Origin: Camelus ferus
Lineage: Eukaryota
Assembly: GCF_009834535.1 (NCBI RefSeq)
Contig: NC_045713.1
Coordinates: forward strand, 23,436,001-23,500,000
Reading direction: 5' to 3'
Length of the DNA stretch: 64,000 bases
Position 1 is the stretch's first letter; each line of letters opens with the position of its first letter. The notes beneath the pieces were generated by a model. It was not told where the DNA came from, did no database searches, and saw nothing but the letters and a program-made list of their open reading frames with translations. Positions 21,017 to 32,925 of this stretch are shown here, piece by piece. The translations under genes and the position numbers were made by a program.

Positions 21017-24000
21017 CACCTCAAAATTTAAATTACAAAAACTTTATGTAATGAATTCATATCATTTCTGTTTGTGAGATTCTCCTGTTTCAAATGCCCA
21101 CCCATCCCCCCCCCCTTACTTTCTCTGGCCTAATTTGTCAGGATGAGACTTGTAACAAAAGGCAACACTCTTACAGATGCCGCGATGCTTAGGTCTGCTT
21201 CCCAAATGCTTTGGGAATTTCCATAAAATTGAATATACATAAAGAATACATGGTCAGGGGTTCCTACACCGAGGCAAGGTGCGAAATTTGTCTGATCCAA
21301 GGCCACCTGCTCGTATGTCATCCGCTGGCACCAGCCCATGCGTTCGTGTGCCAGGACGTATGAAATTAAGTTTACCTGATGCTCCCTGACAGCAGCTTTC
21401 TGTTACAACGTGCAAATTAGATTAGGTTAAGGTAGAGGGCAGAGTAAATGGATGGCTTCATAGATGGATACCAGAATAGTGATGGCTTTCACCAGAAGGT
21501 GACTGGTTATGGTCCAGCTCGGGTCACTGGTGATCACAGGTTCCTGTTATTGATGCCTGTGCAGTGACCTGTGCAGAAATGCATGGCTTGTTTTTTATTG
21601 GATTTTACGGTACAGCCAAACATCACACTCTTGGTGGGACTTTATTGACCTTTCCTCCGGAATTTGAGGAAGGAAGGTCAAGGAGTGAATAGGTGATGGA
21701 AACCAAATAAACGAGTTGTCTCTGGAACGTGGCTCGGGCCCCATCCTGAATGTGTGGCACACGAGTAAGGGAGCCAGGTGGTAGGGCTGCTCCCGGGAGC
21801 AGCATCCGTTGGGCAGAAGCAGACGTGATCATCTGGGTCTCTCCAGGCGTGCTTGCTGAGGTGGCCTCTGAATATGAAATGATCTAATACAGACTTGAAA
21901 ATTTACCGGAAGAATCATTTTTGAAGTTAAAGGAAGCTAAAGTTGCCTCTGCTTCATTAAATAGCGCAATTGACTTCAAATGCGTTTTGTACTTGCACTG
22001 AAAAATGCAGACATTCGCGACTTCATCTGATTTTTGAAGGTGATTGTTCATAATGTGGCATTCAGTTGAGTAATAAACTTTAATAAAGTATCCGGAGTAC
22101 AGCTTAGTGACGTCTTGTCGAAAGCTGTGCTTTAATGGCATAAACAGAGGGCCGAGGGGAATATAAATTCAGATATTTAAACATAATACACACAAAAACC
22201 TAAATCTTTCATTGGAAAGTTGACCAATGACGCTTAGAGCTAAACTGAAATAACCCTCAGAGGGATTAGCGAGTGATCTGGAGATTTTCTGGGAGAGAAT
22301 TGATGGGCTTATTAATTTGCTTAAACAGCTGTTTCCTGTGGAATTGTCTTTCACACTGCTATCATTTTAAGTAGAGTTGAGGTTCCTTCTGGCAAGAATG
22401 AATGTTACATTTTTAAGGGAACGACAACAGAAACATTCAGGGACTAAAGACTTTTTTTTCCAGTTTTTGAAGATTAAGTAGAAAAACACTTTGGGGCTTA
22501 GCTACGAGGCGAGAGGGAGAAACGAATTTCCCATAGAAATCAATCGTTCTGTTCGCTGACACCCAGTGACAGAAATAATAATTGTGTCCATGTAAAATCG
22601 GACCCCCTTGTTACTTTTTAATGAAGTCTGTCTGATTCTGTGATATTTTTGGCCTCGGAAATGAAAGAGATGTTTTATTAAATGAAACTCGGTCTCTATA
22701 GGAAAAGTATCTGAACTACGTGTGTATTCTTACACCATGCAATAAAAAGCAAATAAGAAGACAAAAATAAATTGAGAAACACAAACGTGGTTCAGATAGA
22801 CTTACTTCACCAAGAAGCCTTATCTGTGTTGTCGGTGGAAGAGTGGCCCGTATTTTGCATTTGAACAATGGCAGAAAGCCATTGGAAAGGAGAGAAAGGT
22901 TTTGCCTACCCCCTCTTGGATCCTTATGCCACAGCGTCTGTTCCCTGCTGTAGTGAGAAGTCCAACTCTCCTTTGCAAGCCAAGAAAAATAGGACCTTTT
23001 CCCAATTATGTGCTGCTAAGATGCTGGCAGAATTCAAAAGTGCTTTCCCCAAACAGTATAAAGCCCTTTACCTGCTTAAAGCTGTGAAAAGCTGGTTAAA
23101 GCTTGGCTTGCCAGGGTGAAAAGTTTTCTTAAAGTCTTGCTTTTTCCCTCTGCCCCTCTCTTGGCACCCCCCCCCACCCCATCTCTCTCTTTCCCCTTCA
23201 TTCCTTCCTTCCCAATATTAAGGCATTTAGTGCAATCTCGGCATCGTTATTTTTAACGCTCTCCTTGCCAAGGGAGGTATAACTCCAAGCAAGCTTCGTT
23301 TTTAAGCCAACCTCATCTCTTTTATTGAACCCTCGTGGGAACCTTCACTGACCATTTTTCCCTAGCGTTCATGTGAGTGTGTGTGTACACGCCCGTGTGT
23401 GTGCGCGCATGCGTGTATACAGACATATAGTCATAGGGAGGGTCTGTGTGGTCCACTGGATTCCTAAGTTTCAAATGTGATGTGTTTGGTCAACTGACTG
23501 AGACCAAAAGCGTCCTGGTGTGTTAATTCCTCACCTGATTCACACACTCAACCCTACAATTATCAAAGGACATTTAAGCAATTCCTGTGGGTTTAAAAGG
23601 TAGACCTTTTGTTGCCGGCTTGTTTGTTGATTTGGGAGAGAGAGGCAGGAGACAGCGGGAGTGGCTGTGGGCGGAAAATTCCCATAGGAACCGGTGCACG
23701 GTGGGGTGTAGACCTTTTTATAAGGATCACCCAGTTCTGAGTGTCCTGCTTCCGTCCAAAACTCTGGGAAGAAATATCAACGTGGGTGTGTGACAGTGTG
23801 AGTGGGAAAGGTTAGCGCCTAAGATCGGAGCATCTCACGGGGAAAGGGCTTGGCAAGGCTCAGTCATCAAAACTGATGAGCCTAAAATGGGATTCACCTA
23901 TTTTTTTTTTTTTAAAAAAAAGCTAATTTTGGGAAAAAAACTTTCCTCTTAACTGTCTGGCTATGCTATCAGAATAGGAGCTATAAAGCCATCTGGTGGG

Positions 24001-25979
24001 GTCCTCTGTCCTTAAAATAGATAGAAGAAGGATGGATGGATGGATAGATGGATGGATGGATTGATGGATGGATATATGGATATACAAATGTACACAATTT
24101 ACATTCTTCAAGTAAGTGCATCTTTGGTCTTCAAAGTCTTCTGTCGCTGGGGAGGGGGCATGGAGGTGGCAGTAAATGCAATGTTCTCTTGTAATAAGAC
24201 CAGAGAATGATGCCGCCTCACCTCCAGATTCTCCTGGGCATGTTTTGAGGCAAGGTTGTTCAGTGGAAAGAACACAGAATTCTGAGTCTCCAAAAGCTAG
24301 ATTTAGATCCTGGCACCACCAGCTCTTTTAGCTCAATAACCTTGGTCAAGAGACTTAACCTCAGTTTCCATGTCTATAAAATGGCAGAATAATTTCCAAC
24401 TTGGTGGACTGCTGAGAGAATTAAAGGATCTCTGTCTCTAACTATCTAGTGCCTAACTTCCTGCCTGGAAGGTCAGAAGGCACATTGGTAGGTGGGGCTG
24501 CGGCTACTCCTGCTGCTGCTAATTGCCTTCCCTGCACTCACTCTCTCCTCCTCCTCTTGATGTTATTTCTTCGACAATATTCTTTAGAAATAAAAGTCAC
24601 ATCCTAACTCCATCGTCCCCTTACAGAACTTTCTCCTAGTGTCTGGCTATCAGTGGTGGCCATTCTATGCGTGTACGTATATGTACACACATATATATAC
24701 GCATACACGCACGCGCCGGTGTTCTAAACTCAACATTGCTTTTGGATATGGAACTATAGAGATGGGTCTGCCTTCATAGTTTGCAGAGTTAGAATTGCAT
24801 ATATTTTAATCAGAGTTCCCTTGACATTTCTAAAACACGACAAGCACTGTATCACCCACCCCTTCTGCGGAGGTACACGAGACCGTGATGAACAGCCCCA
24901 AATGACGTTAGAATTTAAGGATGCCAGATAGATTTGTTATCCGAGGAGCGAGGTAAAGTCACCTGTATGTCCTCTGCATCACCCTTCAAGAGGGTGGACG
25001 TGGCAAGGACCACTGGTGCTTCTCTTCGGGTACCAGGTGTTAACAGTAGCTTATCATGTGCCCAGTTCTTCCGTAAGCCCTTTACACGGAATATCAGGTT
25101 TTCACAGCAAACTTAGGATAGAGGTACTACTATTACCCCCATTTTACAGACCAGGCAACTAAGCCAAGGGTAGCTGAAATGCTATGCTCAAGTTTGCAGA
25201 GCTAGCATGAAATGGACACCAATTTCTTACGACTCCCGGAGTTTGCCCCCCTACAGTTTTCCGTCTTACAGGAATATCAAAATGCCTCTCTGTGTGGTGC
25301 AGCATCTCTGCATGTCACTTTGGGTTCTCCTTACTGTGTGTGGACCGTCAACAGTAAGCACTTCCTCCATGTCTTCCATAAAAGCACATGTAATGAGAGG
25401 ATGCACTGCTTTGCAGAGGGGGATGCCTGCATCTCTTGGCTTTTCCATGCTGTCCATTGGTGCGACCCGCTGTTTTCTTCCTCATTCCACATCGGCGGCT
25501 TGTGGCTCCCAGCTGAGCTTTGGATGTGAAGGCTGAAGTTTCATCTCAACCCAGGTGATAAAATCAGGGCAGAACCAATAAACGGGGGACCCTGATGTTG
25601 GCAGCTGGAACCCAGACTTGGGCTGGATGGAATATCAGCGGGTCCTTCTATCACTGCAGGCTTAGCTCTTCTTAGATTTCCTTATGCATTTGAAATTAGG
25701 TAGTAACTAGAGCAGGGGAGAGGAAGCTGGGAAGTTTTGCTTTCATATGATGGAAACCAATGCCTGCATGCTATCCATTGTACCTGTTGGACAGGTAGGA
25801 TGACTGTAATAACAAAAAGGGACCGCTGCTGGGAACAAATGATGTTTTAAAAGAGCCAGAAAGACTGTGTTCCAACCACAGAACCATACCTGTCTTCCTC
25901 TAGCAACTGGGATTGCCTAAATCCTCAGCTTCTGCTTAGAAACACAAACCCTGTTCGTTCTAACTATGTCTCGCACATA

Positions 25980-28900
25980 CTTAGATGTATATTTTTAAAT
26001 GTGTGTGTGATTTCAAGCTTATAGCTAAGTTTCAAGAATGGTGAAAATAGCTTCCATATACATTTTACCTATTTTGCCAGTTATTTAAATTTTCATGATT
26101 TGTTTTATCTTTCCTTCTCCCACCCTCCTTGTCTGTCTGTCTATCCATCCATCTATCCATCCAACCAACCATCCATCCATCTACTTATCTATCTAGCCTC
26201 TTTTCTATCATTTCCATCTCCATATTTATATTTATATACACAAATACTTCTTTTTTTTTTCCCCTGAACTATTGTAGTGAAGTTGCAGGCATGGTGTCCT
26301 GTTTTCCTTCAGTACTTCAGCGTGTCACTCCTAAGAACAAGAAGAGTGTCTTACATCACCACAATACAATAACAAAATCCAGAAATTTAACCCCTTGATA
26401 CAATCCTATTAACTAACCCACAGTTCATTTTCTCATTTCATCAGTTGTCCCCAAAATGTTCTGGGTAGCAATTTTTCATGGCCCAGAATCTAATCCATCA
26501 TGCATTTCATTTAGCTGTCAGGTCTCTTTAGTGTCTTTTAATCCAAAACAATAACACAGTCTTGCTTTGTCTCTCATGATCTTGACATTTTTTTAAGAGT
26601 ACAGACCAGTGATTTTGTAAATAACCCTCCATTTGGGTTTTCGAGCTGTTTCCTCCTGATTGGAGTCAAGGTATGCATTTTCGCCAGGGACAAAATCATC
26701 TCAAGAAGCGTATGGTGTTGGTTTGTCCCATTTTTGGTGATGTCGCCTCCCAGATATCCCCACTAAGAAATTTCCCACTGTCATTAACAAGTCGTTTGGG
26801 GGAAAATACTTTCAGACTTTGGAAATTTCCTCTTTGCCATCAAACCTTCATTCACTTGCTTTACCATTCACTGGTGACTCTTGCCTGAGTCATTTGGGAC
26901 CACAATGGCTATCAAACAGTGGTTTTTCTAACGCCATCACACTAACAATTATTCGCTGGCCTTCTATTTCTTTTCCCTGATGTATGCGTTTAATCATTTA
27001 TATCAGTGCAGAGTCACGGATTCATATTTTATTCAGTGGGTTACAATCTGTTGCTGTCATTATTTGTTTCAGTTCTCACAGGGCCCCAGATTTGGTCATT
27101 TCAAGCCCCTTGAAACTGGCTCCCGTGTCCTTTTGACATAGCCCCATCATTCTTTGACGACATCCTTATTTATTGGCACCGCAAGATGTTCCAGGCTCAT
27201 CTTGTTCCACCCCTCCTCTGGCTGTGGAACCAGACATTTCTCCAAGGAGCCCTTTTTCCTTTTAGTGTAGAATGGTATGATGCAGAAACAAGATTCTGGA
27301 TGTTCTTTTTTCTAGGCTCTTTAAATGGACAGTATGGAAAGAGTTGGTTAAAACATACAGGCACATGGACAGCTATGCCTGCCTGTCCTTGGAAAGCCAT
27401 GAACTTATGTGCTATCAAATTCTTATATAATATAACACCCCTTTCCATATTGGCTACTCCCTTCTCCAACAGTGAGAACTTGGCTTTCATAGTTACTTGT
27501 TTACTCAGTCCTAGCGTACCCAGAAAATCATTTCTGAAATGTTAACTCATGCTACTTTGAAAAACAAACCTACCAGCTAGTGTTCAATATTTGTTTACAG
27601 TTATTTTATCTTCAGTATAAATGTACATAGTCAAAATGTTCTGTTCTCAAGTTGCATGGACTCGTTCATTTTTCCTCTTTCAGTGTGCTATATTATTCAG
27701 CTGAAATATAGATAGATTCAATTTTTTCCTGCTTATATTTCATTTGAATATCTTTTCCTTCGACTTTGTTGATTTTATTTAATTTTGACCTGTGTGTGTC
27801 AAACATTGCCCTTGTTCCAGAAGTCAAAACTATTCACAGGTTATCCTCACAGGTCACTTATCCACTTCAGGTGCTTCTATTCTGTTCCCACTTTAGTAAG
27901 CATTTTCATAATTTTTTAAAATTGAAATATAGTTGCTTTACAATGCATTAGTTTTTGACGTACAACATAGTGGATTAGTTCTGAGTATATATACATATTC
28001 TTTTTCACTATAGGTTATTACAAGCTATTGAATATAGTTCGCTGTGCTATATGTAGGACCTTGTTGTTTATCTATTTTATATATAGTAGTTTATATCTGC
28101 TAATCCCAAATTCCTAGTTTATCCTTCCCCTCACCTGTCCCCTTTGGAAGCCATATGTTTATTTTCTGTCTGTGTGTCTGTTTCTGTTTTGTACGTAAGT
28201 TCATTTGCGTCATTTGGTGGGAATGTAATTTGGTGCAACCATTATGGAAAACAGTATGGAGAATCCTTAAAAAACTAAAAATAGAGTTGCCATATGATCC
28301 AGCACTCCCACTCCTGGGCATATATCTGGAGGAAATTCTAATTCAAAANNNNNNNNNNNNNNNNNNNNNNNNNNNNNNNNNNNNNNNNNNNNNNNNNNNN
28401 NNNNNNNNNNNNNNNNNNNNNNNNNNNNNNNNNNNNNNNNNNNNNNNNNNNNNNNNNNNNNNNNNNNNNNNNNNNNNNNNNNNNNNNNNNNNNNNNNNNN
28501 NNNNNNNNNNNNNNNNNNNNNNNNNNNNNNNNNNNNNNNNNNNNNNNNNNNNNNNNNNNNNNNNNNNNNNNNNNNNNNNNNNNNNNNNNNNNNNNNNNNN
28601 NNNNNNNNNNNNNNTTAGTCAGACAAAGACAAATATCATATGATGTCACTTATATGTAGAATCTAAAAAAATGGCATAAATGAACTTCATTACTTCTTAA
28701 TTTATTTTTCCTGTGCTTTTTTCCCCCTAAAATTAACACATGCACATGTTTTCTTAGTCTTCCCTCTAGCTTACAGAAAGGGTGCTATACTACATATACT
28801 CTTTTGTACCTCTTTTTTTTCCTTCTAGCATGCATTTATTAGTAAGCAAGCATAAACCAGTCATACATCCAGTCCTTTTGCGGCTCCATAAAATCTCAGC

Positions 28901-29480
28901 ACCCTGTGTTTAGACACTTCCTCCAAATCCTTGCATATGAGGTCCTGAAGCAGATGTAGCAGTATTTTTTGTAGGACTAAGCATTTCTTTTAGTTTAGGA
29001 TCAGAATGCACCAGTGTACCTTGATTTTATCCTGGAAATTATATCCTAGAAATCATTCCAAATCAATCTACAGAGATATTTCCCATTCTTTTTCACAACT
29101 GTGTAATACTCCATTGTCTGATTATGGATTATTGAACCAATCTCTTATGTGTGTTCATGTAGGTTATTACCATATTTTATGGTTACAAACCCTGCTGCAA
29201 AGGCTCACCTTGTTGGTTTGGTTTGCATCTTGTTGGAGGGGCACCTTCAAAGTACATCCCTAGAATTGGGATTGGTGAATGAAAAAAAAGGGCAAATGAA
29301 TAATGCATAGTTGTGTTAAATATTGCCAAATTTCCGTCCAAAAGGATTACATTTCCTTCGCAGTATACAAGAATGCCCATTTACCCAAAGCATTCGCAGA
29401 ATGTATTATGTGGGTTAAATTTTTTTTTGTTTGCCAATCTGATAACATCTATTATTACTAGTTATCTTTGGTCAGTCTTG
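25980..29480 (-). mobile_element. L1MC4/L1ME-type 3' region (~3.5 kb span), split by a younger inverted L1
   Basis: gttgcaggcatgg...tacttcagcgtgtcactcctaagaacaag...ttacatcaccacaatacaataacaaaatccagaaatttaac matches the recalled L1MC4 3' end. Similarity continues after 28704. Confidence 0.7.
27912..28687 (-). mobile_element. Young L1 with 5' inversion (twin priming)
   Basis: The 3' tail is on the - strand (27912-28215), abutting a + strand ORF2 C-terminal piece (28216-28687, [37 protein letters not shown]). Both pieces carry aaatgaactt at the L1 breakpoint. Confidence 0.85.
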
Positions 29481-32117
29481 CAGACTGTGAGGTCCTTGAG
29501 GAAAGACATTTTATTTTTTTCAGCCCTGTTTTATCTGCATCTCCTAGAACCACATCTGGTATGGAATACGTGCTCTAGTATAAGCTGTTGAGATTGTTGG
29601 GCGGTTGCCAAGGGGACTGTCAGCTGGATGGATGGTTCAGTGACAGGGAAGTCGAGGGGGAGGAGGGACAGTTGGGTGGGAGGAGGTTTGCCTGCCTTTT
29701 TTTTTTTTTTTATCAATATATAACTTTTGGGGGATACTTTTTTTGCTCACTGAGACCAAATACTGTTTTCACATCATTTTAGTTCCATTTGGAGCGTTCA
29801 CTCATAATCTGTTGATCTTTTGAATATGACAGTCAGGACTTTGACCGTCACCATTGCATTCGTATCCTCCACAGTGCTGGGCACTTGGGAAGTACTTAGC
29901 ATTCCCTTTGTTAGTCGGTCATCCATCAGTTACAACCACAACAGAAACTATTATCTTCTCTAACTTTTCATGAAGAGAGAAGCTGCTTTATCAGCGTTTT
30001 CATCACTGAGTACAGGTTTGATTCATACTCTCTGGACAGACGTTTCCCTTGAGATCGTGTAAGGAGTAAACTACTTAAATTAGCAGGTATTTTAGAAATG
30101 GGTGGGCATTGCGTTCACTGGATCGTACAATTGGGACAGACGTTGGCTTTGGAACCAGTGTCTAACATCCCACTTTTGGGGGCCGTTTCATGATCAGACA
30201 GCAGAACTGGGTGGAAGGAATTCACTTAGGAGCTGGTAGAAGACATATATGTTCACTGGCTCACACCCTCAGATCCCTGTGTTTAACCATCTCTTTTTAT
30301 TTTCTCCCACTAAGGAAAGGAATAGCAAATTCTTCTCACACTGATACTATGAAAAGAAAGGAATTCCAATTTTTTAGATATGTTTTTCTTTCTCTCTCTT
30401 CCCCGCCCGCCCGCCCCTCCCCAACCCCCCTGCTTTTTGCATCTATTATGGGTTCTGGTGTCTTAAGAGAAACTTTTCATAGTGAAACTTTAACCAGAAG
30501 ACAGGCTGCTTCTGGATAAGAACATGTAGAGACATCGCTTTCCCGGAAAATGTCGTTTCCTGGGTCGTTTACCTCCTGGCTAAAGGCTTCTGTGGGAAAG
30601 TACCATTCTCCCACCCAGATCCAAGAAACGAGCTGGTGTTATTGCCACTGGTCGGGACTGAGTACCTATGCGCAGGTGGGGAGGGGTGAAGGCAAGCTGA
30701 GTTATAAAATGCCTGCCTTTGAAGTCAAATCAATTTTTACTCTTAAACATGAGATGGAAACAAGTAACTTCTGAGTGAAATAAAGATTTCTTAGGCTGTC
30801 AAGATTTATCTTATCAGTCTGAAGAGGTGGGATTCCTGTTAGCAACTGGCAGCTTTAATAATCCATTCACCTGAAACAGCCCTCAGGACAAAGACCCTGG
30901 GCTCTTGCTGTCTCGGGTTCCCATTTGCGCCTTATTTTCATTCCCAGCTTGAGACCCTGCCAGGTCTAAACATTTTCAGGCCAATGGGAGGGTCTACAGG
31001 GAGTCTCAGAAATCATTTCTTTTGGGGAGGAGGAGTTTGACGGTGCAAAATGTTGACGTTCCGTTGCCAAAACACCGAAGGAAATGGGGTATTTTCTAGC
31101 AACGTTCCAGGGGGCCCTCATGGGGAATTCTCTGTGTCAGTTTCCAAAGTCAAAGCCTTTCATTGGTCCTTGTTTTGCTGCTGTGGGAGAATCCATCTTC
31201 CCTGGGTTAATTTCTCCTTTAAAAATAAAGCCAAGGGAGACAGTTCTGTGAAACGAATGAATCAACCTGTTGAGTCTGGATTATAGCCCTAGCGTATTTT
31301 TTTTTTTTTTTTTTTACCCCTAAAGGCAGAGCCGGAAGAAGAGAATGTGTCCTGTTTCTCGGATATCTTAGGGCAGATGGTTACTTCTGAGCAGGGAGAA
31401 GGTGACAAGGCCTGTGTAGTTTTGGCTCACTTGGAAAGCTCCAGGGAAGACCCCTGTCTACCCTCTGCCCGTTCTCCTGGGATGTGCAGAATCACACCAT
31501 GGCCGGGCAGCCCCTTGGAAGCTGGCCAGCCCCACCTCCTCTGCGTCCAGATGGAAACCCTGAGGCTCAACTCACAGGACCGCTGATGCTCCCAAGGTCA
31601 CTCGCTGTGACTGGAGTGCTACCCAAAGGTTTCCAGAATCTCAACACAAAGGGTGTCATTAAGAACAGAATCCTCCCTCCCCCTTCCCCTCTCGTCCCCC
31701 AAATGTACAGTGAGAACCTGCTGCCCCTGACTGGCTGGGTCCAGGGAGATGCTAGACAGCCGTGCGGACTCGCTTCTGTGGTTTTGGGGACCAGCAGGTG
31801 GGCCTGTGCTGGAACGCCCCTTCCTGCCGCCCCGCCTCCCCCGGCGCCCGCCCCCCTGTGACTCTGTCTCCCTGTTTGAACTCACTGATCCCACATCTAC
31901 GGGGATCCATTCCACGGCTTCTCTGGGCAAACCTGTTGCGAAATCCCCTTCTGTGTGATCCCTCTTACAGCATTTACCTGGTTGCAGGTTTACGTTGGTT
32001 TCTGTGACTCTTTGAGTGGCTTCTCTCCAGCTAGACTCTGAGTTCCACGAGATCGGTGGCTCTGCTGTTTATACGCACCGCCGTGTCCACCGCACCTCGC
32101 CGGGCGCTCAGAAGGCA

Positions 32118-32475
32118 GGTGTGTTGACTTCCTGGGGCTGCTCTCACAAAGGATCTCTAAACTGGGTGACTGCAACCACAGTAATTTTCTCTCTCACAGT
32201 TCTGGTGGTCAGAAGTCTGAAATTAAGGTGTCGGCAGGGCCGCATGCCCCCTGGAGGTCCTGGGGGCTCCCTTCCCTGTTTGTTGTCAGAAACCCCTGCC
32301 TTTCCTGGGCTTGTGGGCACATCACTCCAGTCCCTGCCTCTGTTGTTGCATCACGTTCCCCCTGTGCGTCTTCACGCCGTCTTCCCTCCGTGCGTGTCTC
32401 TGTGTCTAAACCCCCCTCTTCCTGTAAGGATGCCCGTCCTTGGATGAGGGCTCAGCCGAATGGTTTTATGACCGC
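32118..32475 (-). mobile_element. MaLR LTR (MLT1B/C-like), partial
   Basis: ttcctggggctgctctcacaaag...ctctcacagttctggtggtcagaagtctgaaattaaggtgtcggcagggccgcatg. Confidence 0.8.
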
Positions 32476-32925
32476 TGTGTTAGTTTCCTTGGGCTGCAGT
32501 AAAAACGATCACATACTCGGTGGCTTAAAACAATAGAAGTTTATTTTCTCGTGGTTCTGGAGGCTATAAGTCTAAAAGCAAACTGTTGGCAGAGCCCTGC
32601 ACCTTCCAAAGTCTCTAAGGAGGCAGCCTTCCTTGCCTCTTCCAGACTCCAGTGGTGGCGAAGGATCTGGCATCCTCGGACTATAAACACGTCGCCCCAG
32701 TGTTCCAGCCTCGGCCCACTTATCACCGGGCCTCTCCCCACTCTGTGTCCGTGTGGTCCTGTCTTTTCCTATAAGGAACCAGTTGTTGGATGAAGGCTTA
32801 CCCTAATCCAGCGTGACCTCATCTTAACTTGACTACATCTGTAAAAACCCCATTTCCAAACAAGGCCACACATCCTGAGGTTCCAGGGAGGCATGGATTT
32901 TGAGGGGACACTCTTCAACCTGCTG
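32476..32925 (-). mobile_element. MaLR LTR (MLT1B/C-like), near full length
   Basis: tgtgttagtttccttgggctgc...ggcttaaaacaatagaagtttatt...ccctaatccagcgtgacctcatcttaacttgactacatctgtaaaaaccccatttccaaacaagg. Confidence 0.85.

Noticed and set aside
23800-23840. Paired RBPJ (SPS) site
   Set aside because: The putative second site (ATCTCAC) is degenerate and about 23 bp away, not the 15-17 bp required.
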